NCBI GenBank assembly: GCA_002269645.1
Contig: NIVC01002504.1
Coordinates: forward strand, 62,001-126,000
Reading direction: 5' to 3'
Source of the DNA: Macrostomum lignano
Taxonomy: Eukaryota
DNA length: 64,000 nt
In this document: positions 21,588 through 35,252 of the stretch, in pieces
Layout: every line of letters begins with the position of its first letter
Numbering within the stretch: the stretch's first letter is position 1
The notes under the pieces: model-generated
Told to the model about the DNA's origin: nothing
What the model saw: the letters and a program-made list of their open reading frames with translations, nothing else
Databases searched by the model: none
Position numbers and translations under genes: made by a program

Positions 21588-24500
21588 TGTAAAGACTCAG
21601 CTTTGGTTGGCAGAACAGTCGACTTGTTAAATTATAATTCTCTTACTCAGCGTTTATATATTTGATTTTGAGCAACGTGCAATTGCACACAGATTGCGGG
21701 GGGGACGTTCCATCGCGTACGTGTTATGCACAGAGCGAGAAGGCTTGAGCCTGGTGAGCAAAGAAAAGGTTACGCGCAGGCGAACGACGAAATAACCAAA
21801 ATAATAATTTTAACTAACTGAGGTCATCGCACCCCTTCACGCCTAAGTTAATAAGCACTATCGAATAGCATAGTTAAGGTCACTAGGTTCATCCTTCATC
21901 AGTGGTATGTCAGTCTGTCAGGCGCAGCACATTTCCGCTCCGAGCGCCGAAGCTGCGGCGCCGCATCCGTCGCACTCGCTTCCTCAGCCGGATCGTCACC
22001 GCCCAGGCCGACTGTCATCGGTGGCCCGCTCTCTGGAGTGGCCTCGGCCGCCGGCGCTGGAGCAGCCTCGGCCGCCGTCGTTGAAGCCGGTGGCAGAAGC
22101 TCTTGCTGCGGTCTGTCTACCACTGGCTTGCGCATCTGATCCACGTGCCGGTGCGCGGTCCGGCCATCTTCAAAACGGCATGTGTAAGACACGGCACCGG
22201 AACTCGCCATCACCGTCGCAGGTCTGAAGCGGCCGTCGTTCGCGAAATCCCGCGCCAGCACCGAGTCACCGACGTTGATGCAGCGATCCTGCGCGTGAGC
22301 ATCGTGCTGCTCCTTTTGAAGCGCCTGCTGAGCCGCCACCTTAGCGGCCAAGTCAGGGCGGACTCGGTCCAGCAGCGTGTGCAGCCTCCGTCCCATCAGC
22401 AGCTCGCAGGGCGCCCTCCCGGTCGTCGCGTGAGGCGTCACTCGGTAGGTCAGCAGGAAACGGGCAACGCGCTCCTCCAAGGTGCCGCTCCGCTGCTTGG
22501 CCAGCGCCCGCTTCAGAGTTTGCACTGCACGCTCGGCCTGGCCGTTTGATGCAGGATGGTAGGGCGCCGTCCGCACATGCCGGATGGCGTTCTTTTCGAG
22601 GAACCTCTCCATCTCTGCGCTGACCAGGTTCGGTCCGGTGTCCGACACCAAGACGTCGGGCAAGCCGTGGGTTGCGAAGCTCATCCGCAGCTTCTCGATC
22701 GTCGTTGCTGACGAGGTCGAAGACGTTATGTGTACTTCGAGCCACTTGGAGTGGGCGTCAACAATGACCAGCAGCATCCGGCCCTCGACCGGCCCGGCGT
22801 AGTCGATGTGCAGGCGTGACCAAGGCTTTCCGGCCATGCCCACGGCTGCAGCGGAACCGGCCCCGGCGACTTCTGTGTCTCCTGGCACTCGGTGCACGTC
22901 GCGGCAGGTTGCTCAATTGCAGCGTCCAGCTTGGGCCACCAGAAAACGCTCCGAGAGAGCGCCTTCATCCTTGTGGCGCCTTGGTGACCTTGGTGCAGGC
23001 AGTGCAGCAACGCAGCTCGATCGGCCTCGGGAATCACGACTCGGCAGCCCCACAGCAGGCAGCCGTCCTGGATGCTCAGTTGGTCCGCTGCGAGCAGTAC
23101 GGCTGTAGCTCTGGTGGTGGTCGATGCGGCCAGCAGCCGGACTCGGTGAATCGCAGAACACGCGACAGGTCGAGATCCGTTCTCGTCCATGTCCGGATGT
23201 GCCGAGCCGTCACGGGACTCTCGTCGATGAAGTCCATGAGCAGAACGATCTCGGCCGGTGTTGGCGCTGCCGCAGGCTTTTCGGGCAGCGGTAGCCGGCT
23301 CAGCGCGTCCGCTCGGAGAAGCGTCTTGCCTGAGCGGTGAACTATGGTGTACTGATAGCCGGCCAAGAGGAGCGCCCACCGCTGGATCCTGCCGATGCTA
23401 GTGCTGGAATCGGCTTGGACTGGTGCAGCAGCCCGAGCAGCGGCTTGTGGTCGCTCACCAGTGTGAAGTCTCGCCCGTAAAGATACATGTGGAACTTTTT
23501 GACACCGTAGACGATCGCCAGGGCCTCCTTCTCCAGCTGCGAATACCGGGTCTCAGCGTCATGCAGCGTGCGCGAAGCAAAGGCGATCGGGCGATCGACG
23601 CCGCCGATGCGGTGGCTGATGACAGCACCGCTCCCGTAGGGCGAAGCGTCGCACTCCAACACCAGAGGCTTCTGCGGGTCGAAATGCGCCAGTACCGGCG
23701 CCTGGCTGAGCAGCGACTTGCACCGGCAGAACGCGTCGTCCTGGGCAGCCCCCCAAAGCCAAGGAGCCCCCTTGTTTAGCAGCCCGTTCAGCAGCGATAG
23801 CTCAGAAGACAGATTCGGCAGAAACTTGCCATAGTAATTTACGAGCCCAAGGAAGCTGCGCAGCTGGGCCTGATCGCGGGGCTTGAGCGCGTCCAGGACC
23901 GCCCGCACCTTGTCCTGCAGCGGGTGGAGGCCTTCAGCGTCGATCCGGTGGCCAAGGTAGCTGATGCTTTGCTGCAGGAAGCAACACTTATTCAAACAAC
24001 AGCGCAGGCCGCTCTGCTGGAGCCGCTGAAGCACCTGTTCCAGAGTTTTCATGTGGCTGACGTCGTCCACGCCAGTGACCAGCAGGTCGTCGACGAAACA
24101 GGTGAAGTGAGATATTCCCTGCAGGAGGCAGTCCATCTGGCGCTGGAAAATGCCGACCGCCGGAGCCACCCCAAACTACAGCCTGGTGTAGCGCAGTAGG
24201 CCCTTCGACGTGTTAATCGTACACAGCTCCTGCGATGCTTCGTCCAGCGGTAGCTGCGAGTAGGCTTGCGAAAGATCGAGCTTTGTGAATTTCTGACCTC
24301 CGGCCAGCTTCGCAAACAGTTCCTCAATCCTCGGCAACGGGTAGGTGTCGGGCTGCACGTCCAGGTTCACCATCTGCTTAAAGTCGGCGCAGATGCGGAC
24401 GGAGCCGTCGGTCTTCAGTACGGGGACGATGGGCGACGCGTAGTCGGAGCTACTCACGGGCTTGAGCACTTCCTGCTCAATCTCCTTCTCAAGCTGAGCT

Positions 24501-26068
24501 TCTACTTTTTCTTTCAGTGCAAGCGGGACATTCCGGGCCTTGAAGAATCTCGGGCGCGCATCCGCCTTCAGCTGTAGGCGAACGGCTGGACCTGCGTATT
24601 TACCGAGACCCGGCTCGAAAACTTCGGCGTACTTGTCTAGCAGGGCCTGCAGCTCTGGGTGCGCGTGCTGCCGCACCTGCTTGATGCCGCGCCAGTCCAG
24701 AGGCAGCTCGGCCAACCAGTCGCGGCCAATCAGGTCCGAGCCGGCACCGTCGACTACGAGCAGCGGCAGCACTTTACTGGCGGCCTCGGTCTGCACGCGG
24801 ACCCGAATCCGGCCGAGCACAGGCACCGCCTCGCCGGAGTATGTTCGCAGCAGGATGTTGGCGCGCTCGAGCTCCGGCCGTCCCCTCAGCACATTGTCGA
24901 AGGTTCTCGATGAGATGAGCGACACCGATGCTCCTGTGTCGACTTCCATGCGCACCGGCGTGCCATCGATCTCAACGGTGGTCTCGATCGGTGGAATCTT
25001 GCCGCTCCCACTGGACGCCATCGCGTGAAGCGAGAAGGTCTCCTCCTCCTCCACCTGCAGCTCCTGGACCGCCGTGTCGCCGCGGCGGCCTGCTCGTTGA
25101 GAAGCAGCGGCCCGATCCTCGCGCTTCGCAGCTGACTTGCGTGCCGCAGCGGTGTGGCCGACTTTCGAGCACGCGAAGCACTTCTTGCTGATGAAAGGAC
25201 ACCTGGCTACTGGATGACGGTGTGACAGGCACCGATAGCACGGCTTGTGCGGCGGCGCAGCTGAATGTTGAAAAGCGTGCACGGTGTCAGAGCCGGTGGC
25301 TTTGGTCACAAGCTGATTGCCTTCGGCCGCAGACTCGTGCGCTTGCGCCAGCGACAGGGCCTTCTCAAGCGTCAGCTCCTTCTCGGAGAACAGTCGACGC
25401 TGAAGCGCGTCATCGCCGATGCCCAGCACCAGTCGGTCTTGCAGCATGCTGTCGAGGCTTCCGCCGAAATTGCAGTCACGGGCCAATTTCCGCAACTCAG
25501 CCAGGAACTCCGCCACCGACTCGCCCTCCTGGCGGCTTCTGTTGTAAAACTTGAAGCGCAGGACAATCTCCGGAGGCACCGGATCGAAGTGCTCCTTTAG
25601 TTTGCCGCATATGTCAGTGTAGGTGGCTTTGTTGGGCGAAAGCAGACTCGAGATCAGCTGGTAAGTATCCCTACCGCAGGTGCTCAGTAGTACAGCTCGC
25701 TTCTTCTCATCGCTGATTTCATTCGCAACGAAAAATTGCTCCAGGCGCTCCTGGTATTGAGTCCAGGTTTCATGCCCTCTTCAAATGGTCCGATTGAGCC
25801 TATCAGACTCATTCCTCGTCGCCACTGTAAAGACTCAGCTTTGGTTGGCAGAACAGTCGACTTGGTAAATTATAATTCTCTTACTCGGCGTTTATATTTT
25901 TTATTTTGAGCAACGTGCAATTGCACACAGATTGCGGGGGAACGTTCCATCGCGTACGTGTTAAGCACAGAGCGAGAAGGCTTGAGCCTGGTGAGCAAAG
26001 AAAAGGTTACGCGCAGGCGAACGACGAAATAACCAAAATAATAATTTTAACTAACTGAGGTCATCACA
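21588..26068 (-). mobile_element. Near-full-length Ty3/Gypsy (Mag-like) LTR retrotransposon
   Basis: LTRs 25826..26068 and 21588..21831 (TG...CA, about 6-7 differences); PBS-like TGGCGACGAG next to the 5' LTR; purine tract GTGAAGGGG before the 3' LTR; domain order gag-PR-RT-RH-IN; imperfect TSD GTAGC/GTAAC. Confidence 0.97.
21899..25812 (-). pseudogene. Frameshifted gag-pol polyprotein
   Basis: Gag (ERLEQFF..., CYRC..RH..C knuckle), protease DTGA, RT FVDD, RNase H CDAS/EKEALA/DHKPL, integrase HH-CC and D,D,E core; split over at least 5 frames. Confidence 0.93.
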
Positions 26069-26529
26069 GTAACCATAACGTTAACTGATACTGACTGAAA
26101 AAGGTCAAGCAAACTTTTCGACTTGAAATGCATTGTAAGAATGCTAGAGAAAAAACTGACTGGTTGAATTCTGATTCTGAAATATATTGCATCATAACTG
26201 AATTGTAACTCCGATTTGAATTGAAAATGCAGTGTGGAAGCGCAGCACCAGACTTGATTTAGATTGCGTAGTTACTGATACTGACTGACTAAGAAATTGA
26301 TTATGTCATAACTGCTTCGTGTGATTTACTCTATGCTTGGAGTTTAAAGTGTTGAATTATATATAGCTCGTAAGTGCTAAATTTGATGTTATCAAAACGA
26401 TGAGAGCTAGCCTGCAGTGAACAAACTGAACTGCTAAATGCAGCGACGATGGTTCGATTTTTAATAAAGTAGAATTTTTTTAATTGAAGCTTTTTAACGT
26501 CAGGAAAACCAAACGACTTTTAAAAAGAA

Positions 26530-26720
26530 GCATCATGTAAAAATCATGGAAGTGTCATGTAAAAATCATAGAAACGTCATGTAAACAATCATAGAAGCGT
26601 GATATAAAAATCATGGAAGCTTATGCAAAAAATTATAGAAGCGTCATTTTAAAAATCATAGAAGCATCATTTAAAGAATCATAGAAGCGTCGTGTTAAAA
26701 ATCATGGAAGCTTCATGTAA
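26530..26720. repeat. Degenerate ~22-bp tandem repeat (AAAAATCAT(A/G)GAAGCGTCATGT)
   Basis: About 8-9 visible copies. Confidence 0.85.
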
Positions 26721-29139
26721 ACTTTTGTGTTGACAGGTGCCGACATAAGAATATAGATCACGAAATAGATTTTTATGGTGCCTCATAACTGGTTGGGGCA
26801 CTTGCTTGGGAGCGGGAACAGAAAAAGGCATGGAGCCAACAAAGACCAATAAGTATGTTATAACAAGAATAAGTATAATTATAAGTTATACTTATTGGTC
26901 TGTGGGAGCCAAGGCCTTGTATATAGCAAACTTACTACCTAGGATTGTGAGATTGCTATACTGTATACGAGTCCTGAATCGGGTCACATCTGCTTAAGCA
27001 AGCAGCATTGTAAACAGAACTTGCTTCCTAGGTAAAAAGCATACGAGTGTCGTCAAAGAGCAAAAAAGAATTGTGGTTCAGTCAATGTACTCGTAGTTCA
27101 GTCTAACTTCATGCTCTCTCCTCTCTCCAGTTCCTCTAGCTTCCTGGCTGCTCCCCTCACATCCCATAACTTAAATTATGGGGAGGGCAGAGGGACCATT
27201 TTTCCTTTGTCTTGTTGACAGAAAACAAGCAGAGGCAGGCTGTGCAAGTAATGAATCTTGTTCTGTGCTCCCCGTCTTGGTTTTCCTGGCTGCCTCTCTC
27301 ACTGTTCCCTTTTGGACAACTTAGCTGTTTGCAAGCCCTACATCCACTGGCAATTTGCGAGGATTTCATTCGTTGGCTGGGATCTGGGAGGATGCACGAA
27401 CGCTTTAATTCTAGCCAATGTATATGCGCATTCAAGATATATCAAGCCTAACACAGAAGTGAATTATCCTGCACTGCAAGGGCGGCATACGAGAGCGGTA
27501 AACGTTTCCCATTCGACTCAATTCCAAAAGACTCAACTTGTTTAGAAAGCAGCTACACTAGAGGTTGTTACAAAATTGGATCTCAGCTATAAGAGATTTC
27601 GGATGAACGCTTACCGACGGATACAGTGGGCCTACTAGCAATGCGGGCCACCATGACGGACGAGCGGGCTGTCAAAATCAGCCTGCGAGGAGCCAATCGG
27701 GGAAAGGCAAAGCGCGGTCATTCACCACACTTGGCTTTCTGCTCATGATAAAGATGTAAGTGACACGGATGTAAGGTCAATAGTAATTTTAGGAGAGAAA
27801 AAGAGAAGTAAAGTAAGAGAAAGGAGAATGGCGTAAAAATAGTGATAAAGAGAGAAGAGAAAATGAGCTTGTCAGAGAGATCCAAGGAGGCAGAAAAAGG
27901 TCAAGAAACATAAAATAGCAGAACATAAAACTTATGTCAGTATAAAAGCTAAAGGGAAGCATCTATTGACACAAATACTTAATTATTTTCAGTGGCAATC
28001 TGGTGCGTCTTCAAGGACCCAACAGCCACAGACATCGACCTACTAGCTAGCCGTGGCTGAGCACCTCCAACATGCGGGATACCGGTGAAGACTGCGGCAG
28101 GCGCAAAGCAACAGTCTGGCTCAGGAGCTCAGCGTGGAGGAAACCGATGGCGAAGCCGACAGAGTCAGAAAATTTTAATTACAGTTGACTTTGTAAGACC
28201 GTTGCTGCATAGCTACAGCCATTTATTTATATTTGTTGGCTTTGCTGGCCAAAATGTTAAATATTCGAGATAATTATTATTTAGATCCCAGTCCCGTTTC
28301 TATGGGAATCAATTTATTTTGTTTCTTGTGAAATGGCCATGAAATGCTGAATGACCGCTTCGAAATCAACTAGTTAAATATGAGAAGCTTTAAATAGGAA
28401 GCAAAAAAGTTGAGAATGGGACGTGCTAGTCGATCTGCATTCTGTTTAAGATTTTTTCGGGATCAACTGCATGGCTGTGCCCGAACCACAGCCACAGTTG
28501 GGTTAATTGAATGCTACGCTTGCAATGCCCCCTATGTTTGCTGTTTAGTGTTTATGCCCTGTAGCTTGGCTTTGGATTGCATTTCTATAGGCTAAAAAGA
28601 AATTATGGGCGTTATACTTTATTGATGGCAATATCTTTGATGTGGCCGATCAGCCAATGCAATATGCTATTCATCGCAATTAAATATGTCTTTGTTGTTC
28701 ATAATTCTGTTTCTATGCTATATTTTTTTATTTAATTATATTATTTAGGATGCTCTTGGAATTGTGTTAACGCAAAGTGTTACTCGTACTCGTATTTAGC
28801 TTTTTTGATAAAATATAGCCATTGGAAAACTAGATATTGTTTGTTGCCTTGAGGCTGATTTTTGACAAGAATTTGGTTTCGATTCTTTAATTTGCTTGTA
28901 GCAAGCATCAGAAACATTAATCAAAGATTCCAACCTGACTACTGATATAAACTCTAAAAAGTAGTGTACTACGATTTGTTAATGGTTGTGAAAATGTTTT
29001 TCTCCAACGTTCGATTCCAACGTTGCTGATGCTTAAAGGCGCGTCAAAATTAATGTTTTTCTAACGTTCATGAAGACTCAAATACCAATAATTGACAAAA
29101 CGTTCCTGCATTGTTTTTGGCAGTCCGGGCTATCAGTAG

Positions 29140-29240
29140 GGTAGAGCTGCCACCACCGTAAATTCTCGTATTACGGAACGAATAAGTCTCAGAGCTTTCT
29201 TTGAGATGAAAACTTGGTTCTTTTACGCCCCACAGGAAAA
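29140..29240 (+). repeat. ~100-bp dispersed repeat with two hairpins (second copy at ~30567..30665)
   Basis: CTGCCACCACCGTAA..TTACGGAACGAATAAGTCTCAGAGCTTTCTTTGAGATG..TTTTACGCCCCAC at both sites. Confidence 0.85.
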
Positions 29241-29267
29241 TAACTTAAGATAGGCTATGGCGATAGG

Positions 29268-29636
29268 GGGGCCGTAGCCCAGTAGTGGTCTAGCGCAGGG
29301 TCTGGTGTGTCAGCGACCCAGGCTCGATTCCAAGTGCAGTCACATTAATTTGGGGCTGAATTGGAATCTCGACTTGGCTCTGCTCGTGCAATTAACGGCC
29401 TTGAGAGCCAACCCCCCCCCCCCAAGGCGCAGTGAAGTGTACATGCCAAACGATAAAATAAAGTTAGGGCCGCTGTACACTGTGCCTGCGTACTGCTGCA
29501 CTATACGTATCCGCGCGCTTGTATGCCTGTTCAGGGGAGTCGGCGGAATGGGCAGTAATGCCTCTCGCTGGGTTGTGTGTTGATGTCGCTTAAAGTGCGC
29601 CAGGGTGCACACAACCCCCTGCCTCTAATAAAAAAA
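29268..29636 (+). mobile_element. tRNA-derived SINE-like element
   Basis: Head GGGGCCGTAGCCCAGTAGTGGT (A box) ... GGCTCGATTCC (B box); ends in AATAAAAAAA. Confidence 0.55.
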
Positions 29637-31221
29637 TGGCTTAATGATCAACGAATAATTAATTGGCGTAGCTTAATATGGTAATTATTATTATTATTCA
29701 AGAAAACAAATGGCTAGGTGTCTGATAATGAGTAGCAGGTAGTTTAAGGTAATTAATTTGTCTACAGAGATTGGTTCGCAGCGGTACCGGGGCGCTAAGT
29801 TACAATAAAGAAATTAAACTAAAATTAATAAACTTCACGGTCGGGCAAAATAGGCTTGGTAGTCAATCGAAAACAATTCAAATTTAACACAAAAGGAGAA
29901 GAAAACAGGAGATGGAAGAGCATGAAAATTATAGAGCCCAAAACGGTAGTTTAAATAGCATAAAGAAATCGTTCAAGCATTGGGAGCACGCACTGGGCAG
30001 AGCTATGGACGACAAAATGACCGGGATGGACAAGGCACAAAATTACAGTAAAACAAAGCGCGGACAAACAAAATTCCATAGGAGGGATGGCAAAACCCAG
30101 GGAAAGGAAAAAGAAAAAACAGATCATGGAAAGGGAAGAATTTAACCACACGGGGGACAAGTGACGCGGATGAAACAGCGGATGGAAAAGTAATCAAATT
30201 TCGCATGCCAATTTTAGAGTTCGAGAAAATTATATGAGGTGGGGGCGGAGAAAGCCTTCTTGGAATGGGTTGATTTGAAAATTAGTTGCTGACACCAGTG
30301 AGGTGGGGCGGATTCCACGTTTGAATTGCCGCCGGTGTTGAGTTCGCACGAATGGTTCCGGAAAATCGCGCAGAAGAATCACAACGAATTACTTTCTCCT
30401 GTTTTACTCCGACAGCCGGGTCCTCAAGTTCCGGGGGGGAGGGTAGTCGTAATCGTAGCGGAGCGGTCGTTAGCGGCGCGGTCGTTCAAAGCGTTGAAAC
30501 GCCAGAGGTTTCTGACTCCGTAAATTAATGCGTCGATTATCTGAACTCGTTACTTTCGGTAGGATAGTTCCTGCCACCACCGTAATTTATGTATTACGGA
30601 ACGAATAAGTCTCAGAGCTTTCTTTGAGATGAGAACTTTGGTTATTTTACGCCCCACGGGCAAATGACTCAAGAAAATACTATGGCTTTGGATTAATGAA
30701 TAAATGGTTGTTAATGAAGTTATTAAGTTTATTAAATTTATAAAGTCTTATTAGAGCAGGCTGAATTAGCAAAGATAGATATTAATCACGACGCTACTTA
30801 GATGAAATCGGGGGCAAAACCAACCACGTAGAGCAGGAAAGAAAAATAAATACTAAACAACGCCCAACTTCTAACCGACATGCAAAATTCATCGCGATAT
30901 ATATATAAAAGGGACATTGACCACGCAACATGGACACGGGGTGGACATGATTCAGGGGGCAGAAAAATACGCAAAAGGACATGAGGCGGTGCGGCATAAA
31001 ACACAGAAAAACAAAAAATAATAAGCAAATCCCCGTTACATGTGACAAACAAAACTGGAACGGGCGGAAAAGAAACACCGCAACGGGAGTGACGTTATTC
31101 CACGTTAAGGGCATACCGCATGCACAATAAGTTCAAAATGTAAGTTTTCAGATCATACTTCGTGGCATCTCGCCATGACCGGATTTTCAGTTCCACGTTC
31201 AGTTCCACGAAAATAAATAAA

Positions 31222-31770
31222 CAAAAAATCAAATGCATACTACAGTAAGGAAAATCTTTTTAAAATTAAACTAATAGCATTTTTGCAATATAACATCTGA
31301 GTAGACCTTACACAAAAAATATCTTTTCAATTGAACATCTGTGAGCTTCGTGGCACACCTCGAATGCTGAAATGGAGTGAATTTTCTTTAGAATTTACGA
31401 CGTAGATGGTGACTGTACAAAAAAATCAAATGCATACTACAGCAAGGAAAATCTTTTTAAAATTAAACTAAAAGCATTTTTGCAATATAACATCTGAGTA
31501 GACTTTACACCAAAAATATCTTTTCAATTGAACATCTGTGAGCTTCGTGGCACACCTCGAATGCTGAAATGGAGTGAATTTTCTTTAGAATCTACGACCG
31601 AGATGGTGACTGTACAAAAAAATCAAATGCATACTACAGCAAGGAAAATCTTTTTAAAATTAAACTAAAAGCATTTTTGCAATATAACATCTGAGTAGAC
31701 TTTACACAAAAAATATATTTTCAATTGAACATCTGTGAGCTTCGTGGCACACCTCGAATGCTGAAATGGA
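31222..31770. repeat. 197-bp tandem repeat, about 2.8 copies
   Basis: AAATGCATAC recurs at 31231, 31428 and 31625 with near-identical intervening sequence. Confidence 0.93.
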
Positions 31771-32639
31771 GAGATTTCTTCCTGCTTTTTTATCTGTTGT
31801 GGAGACGCATCGTTCGCCACAGCGGCAAAAAACACCTGAGCTTGTTTGGCAACGCTGGCGACCTCAGCCTCTTTTTCTCGTCTGTTGAAAGCACAGAAAG
31901 AGGTGGGTTCAAGCGTTGACAGCATATTGAAGACCGAGATGCTGACTGTGTCTGCTGACGTATCAGCGGACCTGACATGCCACGACGCAGACGCACGCTG
32001 CCAGCAGTGGTTCATCACATCAGCGGTCTGGTGCTCCGTGGAGAAAAAAACCTTTCATATGAGGAGCCAGGCCCGAACCCATTGATCAATCCAAACTAGA
32101 TGTACACGTATAGCTGTTCTACGTGTTCTCTATACACTACATATACTTTTTGCAATCTGAACTGTATGTCATCACAGCCTTAAAAGATCCCCTGATAAAA
32201 ATCCGTCTGTATGATCCCGGAGTTCTCGATTTGTGCCCAAGCAGATTCCTATCAGCTATTCGGCTGCATGCTGCTCACCGCTAGCTCCAACCCTTTGATA
32301 CCCATCCCAGGCGGGGGCTCCGGCCTCGCCAGGTCTGGTCATACCGTAGATCCAGGTTCGCCAGGTCACAGAGTGGTGGCAGCCAGTGGGTCATGCAATA
32401 ACCCAATGATCAATATTTGCACCTTAGCTATCGATGGGGCACATTTGGGTCCTTACCGCGTCTCTAATATAGCACTACCAAAAAGTTATCAATATGCATG
32501 GGCGGGACAACCTGAAGGGCGATCTGTCGGTCATAGTCTGGTCATAGACGGCTGGCAGCCATCCATAGTCATACGATCTGATCCTTCCCCCATGAGAAGA
32601 CGGTTCACTAGTAGGGCGATTACATACATGTAAATCATC

Positions 32640-33584
32640 ATCAGTTCGACACTTCATCAGGAGTTCTGCATGGCGACACTTTGGCGCCGTTTCTCTTCGT
32701 GCTGCTGCCACTGGGTGCTTCGGACCGCAGTCTCCTCGGCTAACGACGGCTTCCTGCGCTGCGCAGACGCATCGGTCGCCGCCACGGTGAAAAGCGCCTT
32801 ATTATTATTTGCTTGGCTACGCCGACGAACTCGCCCTCCTGTCCTCGTCCGTTCAAGGTGGCATCCCGCCAGATCGACAGGTTGGTCAAGGTGGCATTGA
32901 GCGTCGGACTGGTTGTCAACACGCTAAAGACCTAGGTGCTGACTGTGCCGGCCGACATCCCAGCGCTAGCGGACCTGACATGTCGCCTCGCAGACGGGCA
33001 GATGACCACGCTCGCGCGCACGCTACCAGCGGGATCACCTACTCGGCGGTCTGGTGCCTCACGTGGACGGACCTCGATCCGGCGGCGCCGAGGACTTGCC
33101 TGGGCGGCCTTCCGTTCGATCCGAGCCGACGTCCAGTCCGAAGCGCTGCCCGACCGCCAGAGGGCTCGTCGGCTGTGGCAGGCGGTGTGCTCTACAACGC
33201 CGAGACGTGGACACTGACGGCTACGCTTAGAGCGGCAGCTGGACTCGGCGCATTCAGGGCTGCTCCGTGCGACCTTTCGAGCTGATGAGAGCGTCGGGAC
33301 TGAGGCCCTGTACGATCGGGCCAAGCTGCAGCGCCCGTCCACCATCCTGCGCCGGCGGCGACTTCAACTGGCGGGCCACGTACGTGATCCGGGCCGAGGG
33401 CTACTGCCCCCAACCTGTTCAGGACGTCCTAGCCCTGTTGCTCACTCTGCAGGGCCCGCTCAGGCGGGTCAGGCCCAAACCCGTCGATACGTGGACTGCC
33501 TCCTACGTACGCGACGCCAGGGCGCCCGACACTGCCAACGGGGCGGACTTCCTCCGCTCTCAGGCTCTGCGGCGCGCCATCTGA
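32640..33584 (+). pseudogene. Decayed RTE-like non-LTR retrotransposon RT/3' region
   Basis: GVLHGDTLAPFLF (GVxQGDxLAPxLF), GYADELALLS (YADD-like), VLYNAETWTLT (VLLYGAETW-like); multiple frameshifts. Confidence 0.8.
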
Positions 33585-34074
33585 AGCACCCTGCTCTGTG
33601 ACTTAATTGATTGCTAGCTGCATAATTTGTTGTTAAGTTGTTGCTGTTATGAGCTATTAACTTTTACTGTGTATATATTTTTTATTCATTTAAGTAAAAC
33701 AATTAGTTGAAACAAGTTATACTTCATGTAGTCCCAGGTAATTTTTTTATAGTCTTAAGAGTAACTAAAAACTAAAACAAAGTTCATCTACGCGTAAATA
33801 TTTAATACCATCATTATAGAGTGACAGTTTTGCTCAGCAAAAGACATTTAAGCATGACTTTTAATGCTTATATTTTATTTTTATGAGGTTAAATTTTCAA
33901 AGAAAGTGCAGATAAATTAAATATCTTTTTAAATTATATAATTATATATACATGTAAGTAAAATTAAAATTAAAATTATAATTATAATATGTAATTAATA
34001 TTATAATTTTATATTAAAATATAATATAATTATAAATTTATATTGAAGAGAGGGTGTGTAAGGAAACTTTCGTT

Positions 34075-34252
34075 CAGTAGTGCAACCAGAAATTTTATGA
34101 GGGGGCGGATTCTGGAGGGTAAAGTCCCGGGAGGTGGGGCGGACGGGGTGGCTCTGTTTTGGCGAAAATTCGCTTGGTCCCCCTTTGATTTTTTGGGTCT
34201 CCGCGCCTATAAGAGGGCGACCGCCCCCCGCCCCCACCTGGTTGCGCCACTG
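34075..34252. mobile_element. hAT-like MITE (~178 bp)
   Basis: 15-bp TIRs CAGTAGTGCAACCAG / revcomp CAGTGGCGCAACCAG; no intact TSD seen. Confidence 0.6.
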
Positions 34253-35252
34253 CCTTTGCCTTAGTGTATTCTCATTCAAAGCACTTCTTCGAGAAGCAAT
34301 GTGCTTAATTTCGTGTGGATAAGTCAGCACGCGGCTAAAATGACTGACGAAAAACTAGTACAATAAAATGTAAAACTATCATTGTAAAAAAATATAATTA
34401 GGCCTAGGCACACTGGCACATGACTAAGATGGCCACAGCTCTAAATATCTAAATAGATAATAATAGGCCTAGGACTAGGTTATATAAATCCTCACCTAGT
34501 AGTATAAGGGGGAGAAGGAGCCTATATGTAAGTATGGCCTCAAACATTGTAATTAGTATGGATAAGCAATAGCCTATTAGTTATAATTAAACTTAATAAT
34601 TATAAATAGATAATATAAATTAATTGATTGATATTTAAAAAATTCAATGTTGTAGCCATCTTGGTCTTATAGGCCTATCCTACATATATCACTAGGCCAT
34701 TTTGCCCTTCCTTTGTCATTCTATCCTAATTTAGTTTTGACATTGTTTTTGTAATTTTGACCTAGGCCTAATTTATTAGGCCTAATAGTATTTGGAATAA
34801 AAATATAACAGCAAAGTAGAATTTGCATATTTAGGAACATTATGGCAAAACCTTTATACTTTTTTAATCATTGGGACAGATATTTTAAACCTAATGTATA
34901 GGGTATTGAGGTGGGGGTGGAGAAGAAAATAAAATTTTTGAACTTGTCAACTTAGGGTTTTTGTCGGCCACGTAAAGCCGAATCGCACTGCGCTGATTCT
35001 TCCTAGGTTACTCCGTCTGCCGGGTCCTCAATTCCGGGGGGAGGGTAGTCGGCAGTCGAATGGTCTAGTAGTGGCCTGGCAGTAAGAATGGGTCAGCTGT
35101 AAACTCGTAATCGTCTGAGGGTTAAGTAGTAAAGGCTGCCCTGAGTCCGTACCGTCCTCAGGCTTTCTAGAAGAGCTGAGGTAGTGCGCACCGTATGAAA
35201 TGACTTAGATTGGCTTCGCTGAACAACTGAATAAATATTAAATGTTGGTTGC

